From Lama glama (taxonomy: Eukaryota), in NCBI GenBank assembly GCA_028534125.1, contig CM052839.1:12958001-13022000 (forward strand): DNA of 64,000 bases. Reading direction: 5' to 3'. Below, piece after piece: positions 60,201 to 64,000 of the stretch; position 1 is the stretch's first letter; the number at the start of each line of letters is the position of its first letter. A program made the position numbers and the translations under genes. Under the pieces are notes generated by a model that saw only the letters and a list, made by a program, of their open reading frames with translations, ran no database searches and had not been told where the DNA came from.

Positions 60201-63200
60201 CAGACGCCATCCTCCAGGGCAGCGCCACTCTCCCGGGGCCACCCCCCAGCTGCGCGTCTGCTCTGGTCGCCGTCCGTTTAGCTACCACTTCCTTCCCGTG
60301 TTCTTTCTCATCCCAGCTCGCAGCATCGAGCTGGGGACACTGGTTGTGCCCCCCAGGCCCTCCTGTCCCTGGCACAGTGCTTTATAGGTAGGTGGCTCCC
60401 GGGTTGTCCCTGCTGCTGTCATCCCAGCTGAGCAGGTTACACGTGGCACAGTGAGCAGGAAGGAAAGGGACCAGCAGGCAGACTGTCTCCTCCCAGGAAC
60501 ATGAGAACAGTTTTCAGGGACCTGTGGTCGTTTTCGTGCTGCTCAGAGGCCTCTCTCCACCTGGTCTCATCACAAGTCAGGATATTCCCAGGGTCTTCCT
60601 AGAACCCTCCTCTGAGGGCAGCTTTTTCCTAAGTGTTTCTCCAGCACCACAAAGCTCCTTTCCCTCCAAGGCTGGATCACTCCCGTTCTGATTTCCCTAC
60701 CTCACGCGATTTTTTAGTTGATTTCCCTTAAAAAGAAAATCTCTATCTTCACTTAACGGGTGAAAAATAAAGTTGAGATGGTGGAAAATGAGGTTAATTT
60801 TATTGTAAGATTTTTTTTGAGACTATCTCTTTCGATGTATGTGATTACATCTTCGTTAACATGAATGTTTGTTTAAATACAGCAGCTGCTCAGCCAGGAA
60901 CCGAGATCTTTAATCTGCCCGCAGTCACCACCTCAGGTAAGATTCAAGACATTGCTTGCCAGGAGTCAGTCCGACAAGCAGGGAGTGAGCACTGGCTGCG
61001 GGGGGGGCGGGGGGGGGCTGCTCCATCACTAGCAGTAAAAAGGGAACAAAGGTAAACGAACCAACAGAATGAAAACCACTGAAGCACAGCGTGGACACCA
61101 GGGAGCTGAGGGGAAGAGACGCAGGTGGGAGACTGATCAGCAGAGAGAGCAAGTTTCCCCGAGCCGCCCTCGGGAACAGGCCGGCTGGTCTCTTGCAGGC
61201 GCGGTGAGCTCCCGGGGCCACTCCTTCGCGGACCCCGCCAGCAACCTCGGGCTGGAGGACATCATCCGGAAGGCGCTCATGGGGAGCTTTGACGACAAAG
61301 TTGAGGATCACGGGGTCGTCATGTCCCAGCCCGTGGGCGTCGTGCCTGGTGGGGCCAGCACCTCGGTTGTGACCGGTGGTGAGGCCCGGAGGGAGGAAGG
61401 GGACCCGTCACCTCACTCAGGTGAAGTCTTCGTTTTCATGCTCTTCTGCCCCGTCTCCTAAGAAAAAGCCAATTTATAGCCCAAGCTCTGAAGTATCACT
61501 GAGCGATGTCATTTATGTGCTCAGAGTCATGGAAGGTTTCAGTAACTGGAGTCAGACGCGTTAGTAATGTGAAATTGAAAGGGATGAAAATTCTTAACCC
61601 AGAACGTCACGCCCCAGCACACCAGTTCTTTGGTTTGCATCTAGTCCTTACCTGTATGCACACACGTACAAGTGCAATTTCCTATTTGGCTTCTGAGTGA
61701 AAGTGGCAACTACTGTAGTAAAAATGACAAGCTCAGTATAAAAGGATTTTTAAGCCATAGAAAAAAAGGAAAAACACCCTTCGGGTCAGATCCTGTAGAA
61801 CGCTGGGGTTACTGCGTATATGAACAGACAGCTTGTTGGAATGAGGTCGTTTTATGTACCCTATTAAAAGCAGGCCACGCCACCATAACTCTATTTTTGA
61901 GAACTGCAATCTGTTAATTATCTATAGAGGTCAGATACATTTCATTATTTTCCTGTTATGGCCAGTGATGCAAAAGATCTCACTGAGGTTAAAATATTAA
62001 AGCATTCCCCTTTTTATAAAAGTTTTTTTGGGGGGGAGGGGAATGGAGGTGCTGGGGATTGAACCAGGGCCTTGCGCTCTACCACACGAGCCACACCCTT
62101 CCAGCAACAAGATTTGTTACCTGTATGTATGGCTTTTAGGACAGTATGGATTTACTTCCTGCTCTTAAAAGTGAGCCATTCTCTCCCACTGATTTTTACT
62201 GTGTTTAGTTTAGGCGTGTGTGTGTGTTACAGTGACAGTACTGGTGACTTACACGATCACAGCTGTTCTGTTTGTGTAATCTTACGGGCATTTCTTTGTG
62301 GTAAGGTTCTCACACCTGGCTTTCCTCACTAGAAGGCTCTGCCCATATCCTGAGACACCAGGTTCCCTGTCACAGGCGGGCGCTGACACTGCGCTCAGGG
62401 AGATGTCCTACCAGATGTCCTCTTACTCTGATTTTGGGGCCTCCGCTTCAGAAACACAATTACCTTTTTGCCGAAGTCTTTGTCCTCGCACATCAGTTCC
62501 TTCCTGAGTCACTGTGACCTCTTTCTGGTGCTCTACTGTCATAGGTTTTCCCTTTGCCCTAATAATTCCCTTTTTGGCATATCTGTCCTGATCCTTGCTG
62601 TATTTTGTTTCCTACGCCTTTTTCTCAGTTCTTTTCGGTTACCTAGTAACGTCTTTTCTGACCTGGCTTTGTGTGTTCTGAGCTTTGCCTCCTGCGTGTG
62701 AAGCGCCTGCCCCCGTTCTCTGTGCTGCTCTCTTCCTCACCCTCCAGGGTTTGCATTCCTCCTCTGTCCAGGTAGTCGGAGGGTAGAAGTTGCTTTCTGT
62801 CCCCTTTTTCTGTGACCCGGGCTCTAATCTCTCCTGAGGTCTCTAACGTTACGCCCTGGAGCCCAGTCTGGGCTTCCCACCCCTGCAAATTACTGCTCAG
62901 GTTACCAGCTCAACAGCCTGGAGAAGCCCAAGGGCCGCCAGGATTTACCAAGCAGAGCCAGGCAGGGGCTTCCATTCTAGTTACTTTCCCTTTAAATACT
63001 GTTTCCCTGGGGTGGTGTGTTGACTCCTACCCACTTCTCTCTCAATTGCTGGGGAAGGAGACTGTGAGGATGGTACTTGGGACTGTTTCCAGCCCGCCTG
63101 TTTCACTCAGCATTAGCTATATAACTATCAGCATTTCTGGTAAGTTTGAAAGTTGAGAGCAATTACTATGTATCGATAATTAATCATTTCTTTCACTTTT

Positions 63201-64000
63201 AGGAGTTTGCAAACCAAAGCTGATCAGCAAGTCAAACAGCAGGAAATCTAAGTCTCCCATCCCTGGGCAAGGCTACCTAGGAACTGAGCGGCCCTCGTCC
63301 GTGTCCTCTGTGCACTCAGAAGGGGATTACCACAGGCAGACGCCGGGGTGGGCCTGGGAGGACAGGCCCTCCTCCACAGGTAAGGCGCTCTGCTAGAGGC
63401 GGCGGGCGCTTCTGAGGGCAGCAGCTCTGTCCAGAAAGCTGTTTCCATTACTGTATCATAATAGGTTCCACTTTCCTGAAAAGACCTCAAACCCCTCAGG
63501 GAAGGAGTGACTAGACAGTTCATGGAGTGGCATGCTCCCCGCCTTTAGGGGCTTCTGAGGCTGCAGGTGGCTTTCTGGGGGCGATGATGCAATCCAGAAC
63601 CCTGTCTGTGCGGGCAGCAGCGCTGTCGTTAGGTGCCTGCTCCCCCGAGTCTGCCCGGGACCTGCTGAACTCCTGGGAACCTGGCTCGAGATCGTACAGC
63701 ATTTTTTTGAAGAGCGAAGGAGTTCTTGGTGTTACCAGACTCTCTTAGACATTCTGCAGAGAGATGCCTGGTTCTGGACCTGGTGCACCCACCCCTACAA
63801 TAGGCACTTGCTTACTGGTGATCCAGCCCCTGGGCGCTGCGCTCGGCCCGGGCCCCTGACGCCCGCCTCTCCCTCTCCCTCCGCAGGCTCCACGCAGTTC
63901 CCCTACAACCCGCTGACCATGCGCATGCTCAGCAGCACGCCGCCCGCGCCCCTGGCCTGCGCGCCCGCCGCCGCCAGCCCCGCCGCGCCGCACCAGCAGA
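6233..64000 (+). CDS. NCOR1: NCOR1 (nuclear receptor corepressor 1), spliced partial CDS, exons 15-46 by human numbering; 5' exons and stop codon lie outside the window
   Basis: Hand-spliced exons give a continuous frame containing [33 protein letters not shown]2, GSI repeats, [40 protein letters not shown] and [14 protein letters not shown]. These match NCOR1 as I recall it, not NCOR2. Confidence 0.99.
6884..7222 (-). mobile_element. Old L1 (L1MB/MC-type) 3' end fragment
   Basis: cagcttcattgaggcat...aagtgtaca...ttccgtcacccc...cccagcccctgg pattern typical of L1M 3' UTRs; boundaries approximate. Confidence 0.7.
7470..8330 (-). mobile_element. Degenerate L2 fragment(s)
   Basis: L2-like terminus (ttatttaacaaacac...gcttatgatctagt) followed by a purine-rich body; approximate. 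Confidence 0.5.
8421..8638 (+). CDS. NCOR1: NCOR1 exon 16 (ENPKEKD...[29 protein letters not shown])
   Basis: tttttactag| ... ccc a|gtgagt; 218 nt. Confidence 0.97.
9953..10015 (+). CDS. NCOR1: NCOR1 exon 17 ([21 protein letters not shown]), start of SANT2
   Basis: ctgtttcag| ... aaa g|gtaaat; 63 nt. Confidence 0.97.
11817..11956 (+). CDS. NCOR1: NCOR1 exon 18, SANT2 core ([47 protein letters not shown])
   Basis: acacag| ... aaa|gtgagt; 140 nt. Confidence 0.98.
12123..12221 (-). mobile_element. tRNA-derived SINE, camelid Vic-1-like
   Basis: Reverse complement reads gggggaggatacagctcagggg...gaggtcctgggttcagtccccagcacctccat, with A/B-box-like motifs and a (CAAA)n tail. Confidence 0.85.
12478..13420 (+). 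mobile_element. Charlie1-type hAT DNA transposon relic
   Basis: tttttcatggaatgccatttttaactgaaag...gacaaactatggtt...gctttcaggcaaaaattagaatttt matches the Charlie1 internal sequence as recalled; approximate. Confidence 0.75.
15078..15204 (+). CDS. NCOR1: NCOR1 exon 19 ([42 protein letters not shown])
   Basis: cctttag| ... gaa g|gtatct; 127 nt. Confidence 0.97.
16336..16706 (-). mobile_element. MLT1 (MaLR, MLT1B/C-like) solo LTR, strongly GC-shifted
   Basis: gggctgctgtagc...ttctggagg...gtctcttcctctt...cagtcacattgagggttag...ttttggggggacgcaattca. Confidence 0.75.
18090..18510 (-). mobile_element. L1 (L1MA-type) 3' end fragment, GC-shifted
   Basis: ctttcaaatctacagcacag...gtcaccgtgctgtgc...ccaccagtctgttctc; approximate. 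Confidence 0.6.
18540..18878 (+). mobile_element. L2 3' end
   Basis: actagaatgtcagctc...ttcagtacatatttgaatgaatgaa terminus. Confidence 0.65.
19665..20575 (-). mobile_element. L2 fragment
   Basis: cattcattcact...ctctgtgccaggctctagg...ccttgcccttacggtgtttataacctagtggg followed by an L2-like body; approximate. Confidence 0.6.
20576..20792. mobile_element. Tigger3/MER7-type TcMar DNA transposon relic
   Basis: gtcatctagaggtggtttaaagt...gggacttgagcatctgtggatttt...ggaaccagtcccc...gagggacaaccg. Confidence 0.75.
20794..21052. mobile_element. MER33-type hAT-Charlie relic
   Basis: aattgagatgtactg...gattttgaagacttagta...tgtggccaccagaaaa...tttctgttggacggtgc. Confidence 0.7.
21401..21920 (+). CDS. NCOR1: NCOR1 exon 20 ([22 protein letters not shown]...[23 protein letters not shown]); alternative in-frame start at 21449
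   Basis: tctttaag| and ttcaccag| acceptors 48 nt apart; donor cg|gtgagc; open frame; conserved ends with a divergent GC-rich middle. Confidence 0.95.
21450..22400. other. Intragenic CpG-island-like segment over exon 20 and the downstream intron
   Basis: Hand count of three 60-nt lines in 21481-21660 gives 83-87% G+C with dense CpG. Confidence 0.85.
24158..24287 (+). CDS. NCOR1: NCOR1 exon 21 ([43 protein letters not shown])
   Basis: cttgcag| ... atg|gtaagt; 130 nt. Confidence 0.97.
24377..24780 (-). mobile_element. L1MB-type 3' end
   Basis: ctccagaacttttttatcttgcaaaactgaaactct...ttgtttatccattcatctg. Confidence 0.8.
26455..26650 (+). CDS. NCOR1: NCOR1 exon 22 ([25 protein letters not shown]...SPGREWE)
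   Basis: ctcccgcag| ... gaa g|gtgggt; 196 nt. Confidence 0.97.
29480..29680 (+). mobile_element. MIR SINE
   Basis: Core cttcagtttcctcatctgtgaaatgg...gtgagggctaaatgaga. Confidence 0.7.
31181..31324 (+). CDS. NCOR1: NCOR1 alternative cassette exon in intron 22 ([48 protein letters not shown])
   Basis: actttcatag| ... cca g|gtaaat; 144 nt, phase 1-1, no stop. Resembles the [19 protein letters not shown] insert I recall from longer NCOR1 isoforms. Confidence 0.85.
32063..32223 (+). CDS. NCOR1: NCOR1 exon 23 ([10 protein letters not shown]...[11 protein letters not shown])
   Basis: ctcttcaaag| ... cag|gtaaag; 161 nt. Confidence 0.96.
32590..35760 (-). mobile_element. Long composite of old L1 relics; includes a short younger L1 tail near 33937-33973
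   Basis: Antisense L1 signatures such as catttccctga, ttgtatttccatataaatt...aatcagtttgtc and ctctccgttcatttaggtctt; tttttaattgaagtata at about 33940; boundaries approximate. Confidence 0.6.
36125..36245 (+). CDS. NCOR1: NCOR1 exon 24 ([12 protein letters not shown]...[16 protein letters not shown])
   Basis: atttttag| ... cca g|gtcagt; 121 nt. Confidence 0.96.
36340..36441 (+). CDS. NCOR1: NCOR1 exon 25 ([34 protein letters not shown]); contains IKQE SUMO consensus
   Basis: ttcttag| ... aga g|gtaaga; 102 nt. Confidence 0.97.
36787..36887 (+). CDS. NCOR1: NCOR1 exon 26 ([16 protein letters not shown]...LRGSITQ)
   Basis: cattcag| ... cag|gtgagc; 101 nt. Confidence 0.97.
38954..39122 (+). CDS. 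NCOR1: NCOR1 exon 27 ([11 protein letters not shown]...[17 protein letters not shown])
   Basis: gatgacag| ... gac a|gtaagt; 169 nt. Confidence 0.96.
40064..40204 (+). CDS. NCOR1: NCOR1 exon 28 ([25 protein letters not shown]...SAPLE)
   Basis: cctgcag| ... gag g|gtaaat; 141 nt. Confidence 0.96.
41315..41349 (+). repeat. 9-bp tandem repeat (gcgtgacgt) x about 4
   Basis: gcgtgacgt gcgtgacgt gcgtgacgt gtgtgacg. Confidence 0.9.
41408..41491 (+). CDS. NCOR1: NCOR1 exon 29 ([28 protein letters not shown])
   Basis: ttggaag| ... cag g|gtaagc; 84 nt. Confidence 0.96.
41946..42202 (+). CDS. NCOR1: NCOR1 exon 30; includes IKRE SUMO consensus and the BCL6-binding segment [17 protein letters not shown]
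   Basis: ttcttgaag| ... cag|gtaccc; 257 nt. Confidence 0.97.
42453..42813 (+). CDS. NCOR1: NCOR1 exon 31 (GTPIKFD...[12 protein letters not shown]...[10 protein letters not shown])
   Basis: ctcccctag| ... gat g|gtgcgt; 361 nt. Confidence 0.96.
44114..44167 (+). repeat. Intronic direct copy of the exon 31 3' end and donor (source 42782-42836)
   Basis: 54 versus 55 nt; 3 substitutions and 1 indel. Confidence 0.92.
44443..44670 (+). CDS. NCOR1: NCOR1 exon 32 ([23 protein letters not shown]...PFHRALDP)
   Basis: ctcttccag| ... cct g|gtaagc; 228 nt. Confidence 0.97.
44930..45013 (-). mobile_element. tRNA-derived SINE (Vic-1-like) with target-site duplication tgaagaac (44922-44929 and 45014-45021)
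   Basis: ttttaatggaggtactggggactgaacccggg body flanked by a direct repeat. Confidence 0.85.
46553..46762 (+). CDS. NCOR1: NCOR1 exon 33 ([43 protein letters not shown]...PYPAAR); CAGCAG tandem acceptor
   Basis: ccccag|cag| ... agg g|gtgtgt; 210 or 207 nt. Confidence 0.96.
47131..47280 (+). CDS. NCOR1: NCOR1 exon 34 ([10 protein letters not shown]...YNSASMSP)
   Basis: ggaccag| ... cca g|gtgaga; 150 nt. Confidence 0.97.
47590..47685 (+). CDS. NCOR1: NCOR1 exon 35 ([32 protein letters not shown])
   Basis: ttttacag| ... cca g|gtgggt; 96 nt. Confidence 0.95.
49631..49796 (+). CDS. NCOR1: NCOR1 exon 36 ([19 protein letters not shown]...AQLRIM)
   Basis: ccccgcag| ... at|gtaagt; 166 nt. Confidence 0.97.
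49951..50438 (+). CDS. NCOR1: NCOR1 exon 37: [14 protein letters not shown] segment and CoRNR box N3 ([14 protein letters not shown]); internal donor after 50087
   Basis: gttttcag| ... agc t|gtatgt; 488 nt. Confidence 0.97.
52614..52742 (+). CDS. NCOR1: NCOR1 exon 38 ([22 protein letters not shown]...ASQPE)
   Basis: ttcttaaag| ... gaa g|gtgggt; 129 nt. Confidence 0.95.
53101..53255 (+). CDS. NCOR1: NCOR1 exon 39 ([10 protein letters not shown]...[12 protein letters not shown]), first half of CoRNR box N2
   Basis: tgtgttag| ... tgc|gtgagt; 155 nt. Confidence 0.97.
53405..53628 (+). CDS. NCOR1: NCOR1 exon 40 ([11 protein letters not shown]...ENLVDKSRG), second half of CoRNR box N2
   Basis: ttcacag| ... 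ag|gtatgg; 224 nt. Confidence 0.97.
55545..55691 (+). CDS. NCOR1: NCOR1 exon 41 ([23 protein letters not shown]...AEPR); start is 55545 or 55551
   Basis: gttccag|cctcag| two in-frame acceptors; donor ag|gtgagc. Confidence 0.93.
57198..57215 (+). CDS. NCOR1: NCOR1 exon 42, 5' end only (RNDSRSP); the rest lies in the N-gap
   Basis: ccgacag|g aac gat tcc cgc tcc cc, then Ns; phase fits exon 41. Confidence 0.88.
57216..57363. other. Assembly gap (148 N) covering most of exon 42 and its donor
   Basis: Run of N. Confidence 1.
60883..60936 (+). CDS. NCOR1: NCOR1 exon 43 ([18 protein letters not shown]); CAGCAG tandem acceptor
   Basis: atacag|cag| ... tca g|gtaaga; 54 nt. Confidence 0.96.
61199..61420 (+). 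CDS. NCOR1: NCOR1 exon 44 with CoRNR box N1 ([15 protein letters not shown])
   Basis: tcttgcag| ... tca g|gtgaag; 222 nt. Confidence 0.98.
62023..62102 (-). mobile_element. tRNA-derived SINE (Vic-1-like), internally deleted
   Basis: atggaggtgctggggattgaaccaggg...ctctaccacacgagccacaccc, similar to the other two copies. Confidence 0.75.
63203..63379 (+). CDS. NCOR1: NCOR1 exon 45 ([19 protein letters not shown]...[10 protein letters not shown])
   Basis: cttttag| ... aca g|gtaagg; 177 nt. Confidence 0.97.
63887..64000 (+). CDS. NCOR1: NCOR1 last coding exon 46, cut by the window end ([38 protein letters not shown]...)
   Basis: ctccgcag| acceptor; frame open to the window end. Confidence 0.97.

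Noticed and set aside
6233-64000. NCOR2 (SMRT) or an NCOR1 pseudogene
   Set aside because: Motifs FIDVII, HICQII and LEDII are NCOR1-type; introns are present and all visible exons keep frame with no stops.

Overview
Mammalian genomic DNA holding the 3' two-thirds of NCOR1 (nuclear receptor corepressor 1) on the + strand. I mapped 32 core coding exons by hand (human numbering, exons 15-46) plus one in-frame cassette exon at 31181-31324. All visible junctions are GT-AG and keep one open frame. The exons encode SANT2, the GSI-motif RD3 region, the BCL6-binding segment and all three CoRNR boxes. Two N-gaps (6101-6232, 57216-57363) hide parts of exons 15 and 42, and the last exon runs off the window end. 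Short tRNA-derived SINEs resembling camelid Vic-1 suggest camel, alpaca or llama (inference). Introns carry old L1, L2, MIR, MLT1, Charlie and Tigger relics. I found no wholly new gene system. The most notable signals are: patchy A/T-to-G/C rewriting of exon 20 and of intronic transposon relics; an intronic copy of the exon 31 donor junction with GT changed to GC; an isoform-switch region in intron 22; an I-to-V change in the BCL6-binding motif; and several candidate alternative splice sites. Human and mouse comparisons are from memory, not from alignments run here.
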